Shown here piece after piece: positions 11,601 to 20,954 of a stretch of DNA of 64,000 nucleotides (position 1 is its first letter; each line of letters opens with the position of its first letter). The notes under the pieces are model-generated. The model worked only from the letters and a program-made list of their open reading frames with translations. It searched no databases and was not told the origin of the DNA. Both the position numbers and the translations under genes were made by a program. The DNA is from Candidatus Cloacimonadota bacterium (GTDB taxonomy: Bacteria > Cloacimonadota > Cloacimonadia > JGIOTU-2). The stretch is taken from positions 1 to 64,000 of the forward strand of contig JBNGBT010000008.1 of assembly GCA_049903315.1 (NCBI GenBank), read 5' to 3'.

Positions 11601-13613
11601 GCTACGAGCCTTGACAGCTATCAATTCGTCAAAGGGGACACGATCTCAATATTTATTAATAATGAAAGTTCTACACTTAATCGAGTTTCCTATTATATAA
11701 CGGATGAAGAAGATCTTTTAAGAAATCCCTACAATCAGAGTGAGATGATACAGGTAGAATTGAATAATATTCAGAGAAAGTCATATACTCCAGCAGGTTA
11801 TGAGTATATTATTGATACTTTGGAAACAGCTTCCGAGTTTTCACGCATAGTGAGAACATATGGTTACGATTCATATTCAGACTATGTGGGACATACTGAG
11901 TTTAGTGTTGGAAAAGCTGCAATATTTCACATGAAGCCTTTGCCGGGAATTCCAGCAATTGGAGACTCAATTTATATATCAGCAAAAGTATATGATAAAG
12001 CAGGAATAGATTCCGTTAATTGTATCTGGTGGAAATATAATTCTCCACAATATCATTATACTTCACCAATGGAAAAATCTGCAGGAGATACGCTGGGATA
12101 CATCACAACTGAACCAATTGGTGTCTTTGATGCTGAAACAACTATTGAGTATCATATCGAAGTGATTGCTTCCGATGGTGACGTGACAACTTCCAACGAA
12201 GAATCTTTTGAGATATCGGGTCCAGACATTTCTATTGAAACCTATTCTATGAAATTTACTTCTGCCGGACCGGTTTTTGAAGTTGAGCTTTTCAATGTTG
12301 GTAAGTTGCCCACACCTCCAACGAAAATTATTCTCAAGGATAGTACATCAATTCTTGATACTCTGACGACAAATACAATAGAAGCGCTCGCCAAGGGAAA
12401 AGTGACCTTTAGCTGTGCTTTATCCCCATCTTTGTATAGTTTAACCGTTCATGCCAATCCGGATACTGCCTACCTTGAGCTGAATTATTATAATAATTAT
12501 TCTACGAAAAATTTCGAGATCAATGCCTTTGCTGTATTACATGATACTCCCCAAGTCCACACCAGTCTCGACTCCAACTTTGTTGCTTCCTTTACATCAG
12601 GTGTGGTTGATCAGGATGCAATGTTTTACATCCAGCCCTCAGTTCTGGATATAACAACTCTGCCGTCAGACGTAGAGGCAATTCCATTATTTTCTGGTTC
12701 GGTAATGAGTTACACAATTGCTCCATTTGATTCTACTTGCCCGACCGAGGAGAAAAAATTCAAGAAGGATATTTCTTTATTGTTCAATTATTCGCGTACA
12801 GATACGACAGTGCAGGAACTCGCAAAACTGGGTAATTTCAAGCTCTACCGATATAATGAGGACATTAAATGCTGGTTCATGATCGGTGGTGATACGAATC
12901 TTGATGAAAAGAATGTTTCCTATGCTTATATATCAAAACCCGGTTTATATAGTTTGTTCAACAACAATGATACAACTGTGCCATCTATCGATGTCAATGT
13001 CGAAGGGCAGGAATTCACGAACGGCGGCTATGTAGATAATAATGCCCAGTTCTCATTTATTATTCAGGACAAAAACGGTGTTGATACCGATAAGATAAGA
13101 ATATTCTTAAATGGCGAAGCAGTTGCCAACTATACTTTATCGACGAATAATATAAACTCCATCCCAGTAAAATACCAGATCGATGTTGATGCCGGTTCTT
13201 ATACACTTATTGTATCCGCAACTGACGTGAATGGAAATTATCATGAGAAGGTAGTGAATTTCACTGTTCAAAAAGAATTCAATATTATACATATCGGCAA
13301 TTATCCCAATCCGGTTTCTCTCGAAACAACCGATCCAAATAACGAAGGAAGAACCCGTTTTACCTACACTCTTACTGATGATGCTGATGAAGTAAAGATC
13401 GAGATATACACAGTTTCAGGACGACTGGTGAATGTGATAAAAGATATGCGCACAACCGTTGGCTACCACGAATATCCTCATGCGCTCAAGGGCTGGGAAT
13501 GTGTTGACCGGGATGGACGTAAGCTAGCAAACGGCGTGTATTTCTATAAGATAATTGCTCAAAAAGGAAACAAGAAAATAGAACATATTAAAAAAATGGC
13601 GATCCTGCGATGA
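8685..13613 (+). CDS. C25 (gingipain-like) cysteine peptidase, PorU-like, with propeptide and T9SS/FlgD-type C-terminal domain
   Basis: Signal peptide from MKKFL; IYDEFNYG, YVLLLGDA, LAIGRIP, catalytic FMGHG and LTCY, LGDP; C-terminus NYPNP...IYTVSGRLV...DRDGRKLANGVYFYKI. Confidence 0.88.
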   Translation: MKKFLTAILFCFLSSALWGTNSFEIEKVTEDYIQVHLKIDEYNIPQTSDRTTESLSLPDIETYFLNTEGLPKLPFISENIGVPPEGKASASIISQQFILLQGVSVPINHPYKDEGILVPDQSRQIIEFPVKTYFPEQIVETQAIGYMGNRHLGSFRIFPIQYNHSQKTAKLYTDLVVQINIAGDKTKNYSRHPSYIDGFADKMIINNEFSKNWRKEKEPEATSYKRESETEISKFKFVINEKGIYKIKYKYLKDTLQTWIDSLETEYDVLLKIDEINPKYLQLYNMGERIPVYFYGQDDESFDEDDYFEFYADISHGEDCFYNPFSWENVYFLSYEEGVLGTRLAVEDGGLYETNPYSYRKVYNFDTDVHFENQSIYSKLSQVTQVREDLWFWQQISAPNMTNFSIKLYNPLQSNARSAEVEICFFGETYASENNTGEHHSLSYINSSQIGSEFWYGQNEKIMTGTMSNDKLNNGSNQIYISLPGDTDASYDRILLDYININYWRECIAHNDMLEFNKPTSFSPGLMQFEINEFTIPDIDVYKLGVSKFENLSIESGLPEGGAPYILTFQDQVLDDKTQYIAVSDSQKLIPKEVFPDYPSNIRTPNEQADYLVISKREFLEEDIFYDFAAHWYDEKELVVKTISTEAIYDEFNYGLRSDQAIKDFISYAYNNWQEPAPQYVLLLGDACYDERPISPNKKYSIVPSHMSWSYHVGATVDDNWFVSIIGDDEIPDLAIGRIPIWETGQILPAFAKTIQYNTQPNFNDNWRNHVMLIAGGSGVFEDQSQRLNEKYIPKNYRVSRIYAQSDHDDPYWGSTTNIKDYIDDGTAFMQFMGHGGGQIWSDLNLMNLGDISTLFNDNYPIISSLTCYTSNFEYPGTSCLGEAFVLEAGKGAIGFFGGAGKGFLDQDEYLGAYFLQSIFTFGERNIATICNIAKAEYALKYPWDSAHLVFLRSFNYLGDPAIDIVLPSQELATSLDSYQFVKGDTISIFINNESSTLNRVSYYITDEEDLLRNPYNQSEMIQVELNNIQRKSYTPAGYEYIIDTLETASEFSRIVRTYGYDSYSDYVGHTEFSVGKAAIFHMKPLPGIPAIGDSIYISAKVYDKAGIDSVNCIWWKYNSPQYHYTSPMEKSAGDTLGYITTEPIGVFDAETTIEYHIEVIASDGDVTTSNEESFEISGPDISIETYSMKFTSAGPVFEVELFNVGKLPTPPTKIILKDSTSILDTLTTNTIEALAKGKVTFSCALSPSLYSLTVHANPDTAYLELNYYNNYSTKNFEINAFAVLHDTPQVHTSLDSNFVASFTSGVVDQDAMFYIQPSVLDITTLPSDVEAIPLFSGSVMSYTIAPFDSTCPTEEKKFKKDISLLFNYSRTDTTVQELAKLGNFKLYRYNEDIKCWFMIGGDTNLDEKNVSYAYISKPGLYSLFNNNDTTVPSIDVNVEGQEFTNGGYVDNNAQFSFIIQDKNGVDTDKIRIFLNGEAVANYTLSTNNINSIPVKYQIDVDAGSYTLIVSATDVNGNYHEKVVNFTVQKEFNIIHIGNYPNPVSLETTDPNNEGRTRFTYTLTDDADEVKIEIYTVSGRLVNVIKDMRTTVGYHEYPHALKGWECVDRDGRKLANGVYFYKIIAQKGNKKIEHIKKMAILR

Positions 13614-14623
13614 TGAAAAAAACTATAATATTACTTCTGCTCATTTTGTTGCCGTTGTCCTTGTTTGCTGGACGATACGCAGGAGATTTTATTTTGCTAG
13701 GAAGCGGTGTGCGACCTCTTGGAATGGGAGGTGCTTTCTCCGCAGTTGCAGATAATGGGAGCGCTATTTATTGGAATGCATCGGGAATTGCCCAGATCAC
13801 TGATATAGAAGCACAGTTCATGCACGCGTTTCTTTTTGATAATTTAGCCGCATATGATTTCTTTTCTTTCTGTATTCCACTGCCAGCGAGTACCACTATT
13901 GGCATCAGCTTCACACAGCTCTCTGTAGACAATATTCCATTTTATGATGAGAAATGGATCAAGAACTCGAATGTTTTTATTCGCTCATCCAATGTGGATC
14001 TACAACTTACAGGCATTCCAGACGGATATTTTACGAGCTCAGACCAATTATTTGAATTTGCTTTTGCAAAGAATTTCTCAAAAATTATAAATCTTGGCTG
14101 GGAATTATTTGATCTCCCGATTGATTATTATATCGGCGGGGTATTTAAATATATCAAGCGCGATGTGTATGAAAATATCGGTACAGGCATGGGGGGAGAC
14201 TTCTCATTCATGGTGCGTACTGATTTTGGTATGCTGACAGAAGTTCCCTGGCTCGGGAAGATCAAAGTTGCTTTCAATCTGCAGGATATTGGAGGCACAA
14301 AGATCACATGGGATACGCGTTCCAAGCATGTTGATGAGATCGTTACCACGCCAAGATTTGGTCTTGCGCTTGATCAACCGCTTTCCTTTATTGATTCGAG
14401 AATGATCCTTGCTTTTGACTGGAGTGATGTGTATGAATATTCGAAAAATCTTGGGTTGGAATTTACATATAAAAATATTTTATCGGTACGATCTGGATTA
14501 TATGAGCAGCATTTTACTGCAGGACTGGGATTTCGTTACAGACAGTTCATGATAAATTATGCTCTGATTACACATACTGATCTGGGAAATTCTCACAGGA
14601 TAGGGATTACAGCGAATTTCTAA
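13610..14623 (+). CDS. PorV/PorQ family (UPF0164) outer-membrane beta-barrel
   Basis: GVRPLGMGGAFSAVADNGSAIYWNASG motif; C-terminal LGNSHRIGITANF; overlaps stop of the C25 gene. Confidence 0.85.
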   Translation: MMKKTIILLLLILLPLSLFAGRYAGDFILLGSGVRPLGMGGAFSAVADNGSAIYWNASGIAQITDIEAQFMHAFLFDNLAAYDFFSFCIPLPASTTIGISFTQLSVDNIPFYDEKWIKNSNVFIRSSNVDLQLTGIPDGYFTSSDQLFEFAFAKNFSKIINLGWELFDLPIDYYIGGVFKYIKRDVYENIGTGMGGDFSFMVRTDFGMLTEVPWLGKIKVAFNLQDIGGTKITWDTRSKHVDEIVTTPRFGLALDQPLSFIDSRMILAFDWSDVYEYSKNLGLEFTYKNILSVRSGLYEQHFTAGLGFRYRQFMINYALITHTDLGNSHRIGITANF

Positions 14624-14659
14624 ATCCTAATTTCTAATCAAAGTTTTACTAATTCTCTA

Positions 14660-15097
14660 TTACAAATATTGAATAATATCTTCTGGTTTATGAATTTGAA
14701 TTATTCCATCAATATTATGAGTCTTAAATCCCAGGATAGTCTTTCCAAAATCGAGGCAGTATGCAATTTCAGAAAGCGTTCCATATTTGCCGTCTATCGC
14801 AATGGCAAGATCACATGTTCGTGCAATGATCGAATTCCTTGCAGTTGATATTCCTGTGATAATAGGTATGGAAATGTAGGGATTAGCATCCTTTTTCTCA
14901 AAACCTGGTAGAATTCCAATCGTTGTACCACCATTTTCGAAAGCACCTTTTGCAACTGCTTCCATAACTCCGCTGAGTCCTCCGCATACAAGAATGCACT
15001 TATATTGAGCGATGAGCTTTCCAATCCGATACGCGAAATCATAAAAATTATTATCAATTGAATTTCCGCCGATTACAGCAATAAGCTTATGATTCAT
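14660..15097 (-). CDS. TIGR00725/LOG-family Rossmann-fold nucleotide-binding protein
   Basis: CGGLSGVMEA, GILPG, ANPY, ARNSII, GKYGTLSEIA. Confidence 0.85.
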   Translation of the reverse strand: MNHKLIAVIGGNSIDNNFYDFAYRIGKLIAQYKCILVCGGLSGVMEAVAKGAFENGGTTIGILPGFEKKDANPYISIPIITGISTARNSIIARTCDLAIAIDGKYGTLSEIAYCLDFGKTILGFKTHNIDGIIQIHKPEDIIQYL

Positions 15098-15098
15098 A

Positions 15099-16295
15099 TT
15101 ATACAAACACTAGAGAAACCAGAAACGCAGTTGTCAGAGAAATAAATGCAGGCCAAAATAATTTCTTATAAAAGCCCTTGAGATTTGAACCGAAAAATTC
15201 AAGCGATACGGATACGCAAGGATGTATGGGAGAAACAATATATCCCATGTAAGTCGAGAAGAACATAATTGCAAACAGGAGATAGGACATTGCATCAGTG
15301 CCGAAACGCGAGTAGAAAATGGGGAGGACTATTGCAAAAGGCATTTGGACTCTTCCTGTCACAAAACCAAGGAATGCTGCAATGAACACTATTGTGAAAG
15401 TCTTTGAAATAGCTATTTGGGCAATGATTGCAGATATATTCGAAGCTACAAATATGTTAAGAAAGAGAAACATCCCGATGATAATTAAAAAGTATTTAAG
15501 GGGTTTCATTTTTTTTATAACTGGGAACAGATCGAGAAATTTCATCTTTCCAAGCAGCATTGCAAGAATAAGACTAACAGAAACACCAATAATAAGAGGG
15601 ATTTCTGTAAGAATGTTTGGAAAGAGGATCATCAATAATAGATGGATCAGCGGAGCTGCAAGAATAATCCCAATAGGAGTAAAGAGAGCTTTATAATTAA
15701 GGTATTTTTGTGTGGGAAGATTACCCCCGATCCCCTTCAGTAAGAATATCCAGCCGAGTACAATCATAAGCAGGAATCCCGGAATAAGAAACAATAATGC
15801 CTTATACAAGTATAAACCCGCCATCTTACTTGTAACAAGCAAAGCTCCAAGGGGATATATAAGTATCAGCGCATGGCGGAACCACACGTTGATGGCCGTG
15901 TATTGTTTGTCTGAAATATCTTCTCCTGCTCTCAGCAAGAGTGGAGCGGAAAGAAGAGCACCCCCGGGCATGGGCAACATTCCCAGAAATGCAGGTCCGA
16001 AAATTAAGAACAATTTACGCTTCAAACGAAGGTTCTTAAATAAGCCCTCCATTAGACCGGATCGTTCTAAAACACCACCTATGAGAGAGATAATCCCGAC
16101 TGCAAGTCCAAGTAAAAGTATTGCAGGATCAAGCACAGTGCCTTTAATCTGATGAAAGATAACAATTGGTTTAAGATTTATAATTCCTAATATGAGCGCT
16201 CCTGCAATGAAACCGAGCCACAAGTTTTTTTTCGCGACAAGAATCATTACAAAAAGCGAAAAGAAAAATCCAAGCCAAATAAAAATGGGGGACAC
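15099..16295 (-). CDS. DUF401-family multi-pass membrane protein
   Basis: GMLPMPGGALLSAP, NVWFRH, YPL, SPIHPC; about 10 hydrophobic segments. Confidence 0.8.
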   Translation of the reverse strand: MSPIFIWLGFFFSLFVMILVAKKNLWLGFIAGALILGIINLKPIVIFHQIKGTVLDPAILLLGLAVGIISLIGGVLERSGLMEGLFKNLRLKRKLFLIFGPAFLGMLPMPGGALLSAPLLLRAGEDISDKQYTAINVWFRHALILIYPLGALLVTSKMAGLYLYKALLFLIPGFLLMIVLGWIFLLKGIGGNLPTQKYLNYKALFTPIGIILAAPLIHLLLMILFPNILTEIPLIIGVSVSLILAMLLGKMKFLDLFPVIKKMKPLKYFLIIIGMFLFLNIFVASNISAIIAQIAISKTFTIVFIAAFLGFVTGRVQMPFAIVLPIFYSRFGTDAMSYLLFAIMFFSTYMGYIVSPIHPCVSVSLEFFGSNLKGFYKKLFWPAFISLTTAFLVSLVFV

Positions 16296-16302
16296 AGTAG
16301 AA

Positions 16303-17241
16303 CTATACCTTTGATTTAAAGAATATACCGCGGAGTTTCTTCACTGCCTTAATACGCCCTTTTTCATGCAATGTATCAAGGTATTTGTTCAGTTCGGCAA
16401 TGTGGATATCCAGAATTTCTGAAAGATCATCAGCGGTGCATGGACGCCGGGATATGGTAGAAAGAATGGCATCCTCGATCTTAAGATTGTACGATTTGAC
16501 CTTCTCTCTTTTTTGATAATTACTAATTGTGACAATCGGTAAGTCTTCGAATTTGTTTTTGATTTTTATAAGAGTTTCCTTATCAGCCGGAATGACCCAA
16601 TTTTCTGTGCCGGGTCTATCAAGTGAATTTAGTTGTATGAGATCTGGCCTGCTCTTTTTAAGCACAGCATGGAATTTTTTCATCTCATCATCAGTATCAT
16701 TGATGCCGGGTATAATAAATATTTCCAGCCATATTTTTCCCGTATATTCTTTGCGGAAATCCATTAATCCCTGCAATACATCTTTTATGTTGATCCCTGG
16801 TGCGGGTCTGTTTATTTTTTTGTATATGTTCTCTGTAACTGCATCTAACGAGGGCATAATTACGTCTGCTAGCAAAAGTTCTTTACGAACCTCAGCATCA
16901 GAGAACAGAGAGCTGTTTGTGAGTACAGCGATCTTATACTGTGGATATTTTTGTTTGAGGAAGGAAATAATTTTTCCTAATCCGATATTCAAAGTAGGCT
17001 CACCCGAACCGGAAAAAGTTATATAATCAAGCGTTGGATTGGTTAAGAGAAAGGAGTCGAGTTCTGAAATGATTTCAGAAACAGGAATATATTCTTTGCG
17101 GGTTTTTGTAAGTTGTGTGGTTGCTCCGCATTCACAATACACACAATCGAATGAGCAGGTTTTAAAGGGTATAGGGTCAATTCCGAGTGACAATCCAAGC
17201 CGTCGGGATGGAACTGGTCCAAAGAGATGTTTGTATTTCAT
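16303..17241 (-). CDS. Radical SAM protein with C-terminal winged helix
   Basis: FGPVPSRRLGLSLG, CSFDCVYC, FSGSGEPTL; start trimmed to MKYKHL, directly after the upstream stop. Confidence 0.9.
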   Translation of the reverse strand: MKYKHLFGPVPSRRLGLSLGIDPIPFKTCSFDCVYCECGATTQLTKTRKEYIPVSEIISELDSFLLTNPTLDYITFSGSGEPTLNIGLGKIISFLKQKYPQYKIAVLTNSSLFSDAEVRKELLLADVIMPSLDAVTENIYKKINRPAPGINIKDVLQGLMDFRKEYTGKIWLEIFIIPGINDTDDEMKKFHAVLKKSRPDLIQLNSLDRPGTENWVIPADKETLIKIKNKFEDLPIVTISNYQKREKVKSYNLKIEDAILSTISRRPCTADDLSEILDIHIAELNKYLDTLHEKGRIKAVKKLRGIFFKSKV

Positions 17242-17242
17242 T

Positions 17243-17452
17243 TTACACGATGGAAATAAGAATTCCGGCAATTCCGCCAAACCCGAGTGAGTACAGGTAG
17301 TTTGATGCGATCGGGCATGCTCCGGAACGGCATCCGACAACTTTATACCAGATGAAACCTGCAAGCAGACCAAAAAGAAAGCCGAGAATTATCCTCACGG
17401 CTATAGGAAGACGAGTATGCTTTTTTTTAGTTGATTTATTTTCTTTTATCAT
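17243..17452 (-). CDS. Small membrane protein with GCxxGxCPI motif (DUF6132-like)
   Basis: Two hydrophobic helices flanking GCRSGACPI; start trimmed to lie outside the SRP RNA. Confidence 0.7.
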   Translation of the reverse strand: MIKENKSTKKKHTRLPIAVRIILGFLFGLLAGFIWYKVVGCRSGACPIASNYLYSLGFGGIAGILISIV

Positions 17453-17461
17453 AATAAGAGT

Positions 17462-17729
17462 GGGTGTGCACCGCACATTGAAATTCTATTCTGAGAGGTG
17501 ATTTGTAGTTAGCTCAAGCCAAGATTACTCACGGCACATCAGACGAACTGCTTATTGCTGCTACCTTCCGGTCCTGACAAGATTCGCAGAGCCCGATTGC
17601 GTCAGACTTGACTCTCAACACCACTTGCATACCACACAGACAGACATCAAATCTCGCAGATTGGAATTCAGCCCTGCTATAGCGGATTGCAGGTTACAGG
17701 ACACCGCTGGCTTCCCGCCTAGCACACCC
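17462..17729 (-). ncRNA. ffs: Large (Alu-domain) bacterial signal recognition particle RNA, about 268 nt
   Basis: Minus strand has the S-domain TCAGGACCGGAAGGTAGCAGC; 5' GTGCTAGGCGGGAAGCCAGCGGTGTCCTGTAACCTGCAATCCGCTATAGCAGGGC resembles the Bacillus scRNA Alu domain; terminal helix GGGTGTGC/GCACACCC. Confidence 0.95.
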
Positions 17730-17739
17730 TATATTTTAT

Positions 17740-19371
17740 TTATTTCTTTTTATCTACTATGTTTTCCTGTGAAAGCGACTGGGTCTTTTTACGGATTGAA
17801 AGCTGCTCAAGCACAGAAAGTATATTATAAGTAAACCAGTAAAGAACTAGTCCGGCGGGGAGAGATTTGAAGATAAACACAAAGAAAATTGGCATTCCAT
17901 ACATCATGAATTTCTGAGTTTTAAGCTGCGCAAGCTGCTTTTCATCCATGTTCGGACTTGGTTTCTGGGACATCAGTTTTTGTTGAAAGAACATCGTGAT
18001 ACCCATAAGGATAGGTAAGATGTAAAGAGGATCAGGAATAGAGAGATCCTTCAACCAAAAGATAAAACCCGCGTGCCGGAGTTCAATGGTGGATTGAAGA
18101 ACAGGATAAAGAGCAAAAAGGAATGGGAACTGTATGAGCAGGGGCAGACACCCGCCCAGGGGGCTCACACCATGTTCTTTATAAAGCTTCATTGTTTCTT
18201 GCTGAACTTTCTGTGGATTGCCTTTATACTTTGCCTGTACTTCTTTTAAGAGCGGTTGTACCTGCTGCATCTTCTGTGCGGAACTGAAGCTCTTATGGGT
18301 CAAAGGATAGAAAACAAACTTAATGATGATAGAAAGGATAATGATCGCTATGCCGTAATTTGGAATGAGAGAATAGATGAATTTCAATAATTTGAGGATC
18401 AATTTACTGATAGGACGAAGAAGCTTCCATCCAAAATTCATGGCATCTTCCAGTCCGATATTAAAAGCACGCAGTTCATCATAATCGACGGGACCGCAGT
18501 AAAATTGGAACGAATGATCAATGGAATTTCTTCCAACTTCAATTTGTGCATTTTCAAGAATTGAATTATTGTCTGTCGCTAAAAGAATTTCTCTTAATTT
18601 GACAGTTCTCTCCGGAATTAATGCAACCATAAAGTATTTTGATTTTATTGTTGTCCATGCAATATTGCCATATTGAGCAGCACCGGTTGAGGCTTTTTTC
18701 AGAGAGATCTTATTGATGTTATTATCAACATAGGAAACAACATCAATGTAGGTATTGAAACGCTTGTCTCCAGCCTGATCATAGTATATGCCTGCATCAA
18801 GCTGAATGTCGTATACATCGATAAAACCCATATCTTCAGCTTTAATTGTTATATTCACGGTGTAGTCATTATAAATGGAATATTGCTTCTCGAAAATCCT
18901 TATATTGTCTTTCTCAATAAAGAAAGTTACTGTGAACTCATCATGTTTATAGTCAAGGTTCTGTTTTCTGAAATTAATTGTATCACTGCTTGTATAAAAT
19001 ACGGTATTGAACATGCCTTTTTCTTTGATAAAGAGATTTACTGCCTCTTCCTGAGTTTCGTTTTTGATATTTTTCAGTACAACCTGTTTTATATTGCCGC
19101 CACGGTTTGTGAGAATTACTTTGATATCATTATTTTCAAGGACAATATCATTGTTCAAGGGGATGTCTGACGGGATATCTAATAAAGCAGAACCAATTTC
19201 AGTTTCTTCATCTTTAGGCGCAGGAGTTCTTGGTGTTTTTGCCGCCTGTTGCACATTTTCTACAGGAGATTGCTGTGCCTGAGGTGGTACAGGTTGTTTC
19301 CAAAAGAATTTGCTGCTCAAATAAAATACAACAAATATCAAAATAAGGGCAATGATTGTTTTTTTATCCAT
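17740..19371 (-). CDS. yidC: Membrane protein insertase YidC
   Basis: NYGIAII, YPLT, GGCLPLLIQFP, WLKDLS.PDP, PAGLVLYW; large periplasmic domain. Confidence 0.97.
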   Translation of the reverse strand: MDKKTIIALILIFVVFYLSSKFFWKQPVPPQAQQSPVENVQQAAKTPRTPAPKDEETEIGSALLDIPSDIPLNNDIVLENNDIKVILTNRGGNIKQVVLKNIKNETQEEAVNLFIKEKGMFNTVFYTSSDTINFRKQNLDYKHDEFTVTFFIEKDNIRIFEKQYSIYNDYTVNITIKAEDMGFIDVYDIQLDAGIYYDQAGDKRFNTYIDVVSYVDNNINKISLKKASTGAAQYGNIAWTTIKSKYFMVALIPERTVKLREILLATDNNSILENAQIEVGRNSIDHSFQFYCGPVDYDELRAFNIGLEDAMNFGWKLLRPISKLILKLLKFIYSLIPNYGIAIIILSIIIKFVFYPLTHKSFSSAQKMQQVQPLLKEVQAKYKGNPQKVQQETMKLYKEHGVSPLGGCLPLLIQFPFLFALYPVLQSTIELRHAGFIFWLKDLSIPDPLYILPILMGITMFFQQKLMSQKPSPNMDEKQLAQLKTQKFMMYGMPIFFVFIFKSLPAGLVLYWFTYNILSVLEQLSIRKKTQSLSQENIVDKKK

Positions 19372-19385
19372 AATTTACTTATCCT

Positions 19386-19616
19386 TTAAGGTAGTGGATC
19401 AAATCCTCCTCTTGACCAGGGATTACACCTGAGAATTCGCCAGGAAGATAAATATACTGCTTTTAAAAAACCATATTTCAGAAATGCATTCTTTGCATAA
19501 GTGGAACAGGATGGGTAAAAGCGGCAGGAATCAGGGAAAATCGGGGAAATGATTTTTTGATAAATAGTTATTAAAAGTATGAAAAATTGATTTATAGTCT
19601 TATTCATGATTTCCAA
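19386..19616 (-). CDS. yidD: Membrane protein insertion efficiency factor YidD
   Basis: YQKIISP, CRFYPSCSTY, RILRCNPW..GGFDP. Confidence 0.95.
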   Translation of the reverse strand: MEIMNKTINQFFILLITIYQKIISPIFPDSCRFYPSCSTYAKNAFLKYGFLKAVYLSSWRILRCNPWSRGGFDPLP

Positions 19617-19920
19617 GAATTCTTTCTAGATCATGATAAATTTTATCGCGGCCATGCTCATAAATACCCTGTTTGGTTATTATGAGATAGATATGATTAA
19701 TACGAAAAAAATCAATATGAGTATGAGCATAATTCTTAATCCAGCGCTTGATCTTATTTCTTTTCACGGCATTTGCGACTTTCTTTGAAACAATAACGGC
19801 AAGCCCGAAATCGTTTCCTTTATTAACTGCGCATGAGATAAGGTCAAAATACTGAGTACGTGTTCGTGTACCATGCTTCTTGAGCTCATTAAATTCTGCT
19901 TGAGATGTAATTCTCTTCAC
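19600..19920 (-). CDS. rnpA: Ribonuclease P protein component
   Basis: VSKKVANAVKRNKIKR motif; position between rpmH and yidD. Confidence 0.9.
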   Translation of the reverse strand: MKRITSQAEFNELKKHGTRTRTQYFDLISCAVNKGNDFGLAVIVSKKVANAVKRNKIKRWIKNYAHTHIDFFRINHIYLIITKQGIYEHGRDKIYHDLERILGNHE

Positions 19921-19926
19921 GCGTCA

Positions 19927-20061
19927 TTATATAGACAGTCTTTTGCGGCGTTTTGCACGACGTCGTTTAAATATTGCTCGACCATCTTTGGTTTTCATTC
20001 TTTTACGAAAACCATGAGAACTTTTCTTTGGTTTATTATGCGGCTGAAACGTTCTTTTCAC
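19927..20061 (-). CDS. rpmH: 50S ribosomal protein L34 (44 aa, absent from ORF track)
   Basis: GTG start after GGAGG; translation [44 protein letters not shown]. Confidence 0.97.
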   Translation of the reverse strand: MKRTFQPHNKPKKSSHGFRKRMKTKDGRAIFKRRRAKRRKRLSI

Positions 20062-20169
20062 AGCTAAACCTCCAGATGTACTTTAGAATGTGCAATTCTG
20101 AGAGCCCTGATTTGGTGTCAAGTTTTTGACGTCTCGAATTACATGTATTAGTAATGTAAGAAATTAATA

Positions 20170-20952
20170 TTATTCGTAAAATTCTTTTCTTCTGTCCCGG
20201 AACAAGTGATTCTTCTCGGTGATCATTTTATTTTTTGCAGTTGTAGGATCTATATCGACAGCCATAAGTATTTCATCCGTTTCGTTTGCTTGGACTAAAA
20301 TATTTCCATGTGGGTCAATTATCTGACTCATTCCTGTAAAAGTAAGTGCTTGATGAGCATTTCTTTCAGTTCCGATCCGATTGCATGTTATTGAATATAC
20401 ATGATTTTCAATGGATCGGGTTATCATAGCTTTTTGACAGAAAGGCAATACAAGATTTGCAGAGTGACAAATAATATCTGCACCCATAACTGACAGCGTG
20501 CGGGCTGATTCCGGGAATATCCAGTCGAAGCAAACCATCAGTCCGAGAAAAGTCTCACCATACTTTGTAATTTTAAAACCAGAATCTCCTGCCGAGAAAA
20601 GATCCTTTTCGTTTAAGAAAAGATGGATTTTCCGATAGATTGTTTGAGTGCCGGAAGGATCAACACAAATTTGGGAATTGTAATATCGCTCTCCGTCTTT
20701 TTCAAGAAAACCTGCAACTATAGCAGTATCTTCTCGCTTTGCAATATGTTTAAAGAAATCTGGAATTCTCCCGCTGGATGTCGAAGAAATGGGTTCCATT
20801 TCATGTTTGGATGTGAATAAATATCCGCTTGTGCAAAGTTCAGGAAGAACTAAAAGATCAGTACAGCAATTATTCACCATCCTAGAAATTTTCTCGAGGT
20901 TCTGTTTCTCGTGAAACAATTCTGGCTTACACTGGAGAAACCCTACACGCAT
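20170..20952 (-). CDS. Carbon-nitrogen hydrolase (nitrilase superfamily)
   Basis: E-K-C triad in LPEL, YRKIHL, VCFDWIFPE. Confidence 0.93.
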   Translation of the reverse strand: MRVGFLQCKPELFHEKQNLEKISRMVNNCCTDLLVLPELCTSGYLFTSKHEMEPISSTSSGRIPDFFKHIAKREDTAIVAGFLEKDGERYYNSQICVDPSGTQTIYRKIHLFLNEKDLFSAGDSGFKITKYGETFLGLMVCFDWIFPESARTLSVMGADIICHSANLVLPFCQKAMITRSIENHVYSITCNRIGTERNAHQALTFTGMSQIIDPHGNILVQANETDEILMAVDIDPTTAKNKMITEKNHLFRDRRKEFYE

Positions 20953-20954
20953 CT

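Noticed and set aside
17243..17452. Possible selenoprotein in the GCxxGxC small membrane protein
   Set aside because: Both positions are ordinary Cys codons in an uninterrupted frame
17625..17834. 69-aa plus-strand ORF
   Set aside because: Antisense to the SRP RNA and the yidC end; no recognisable protein features
20062..20169. oriC next to rpmH, or upstream of mnmG (62103-62471)
   Set aside because: No dnaA gene, and no TTATCCACA-type boxes seen in either intergenic region
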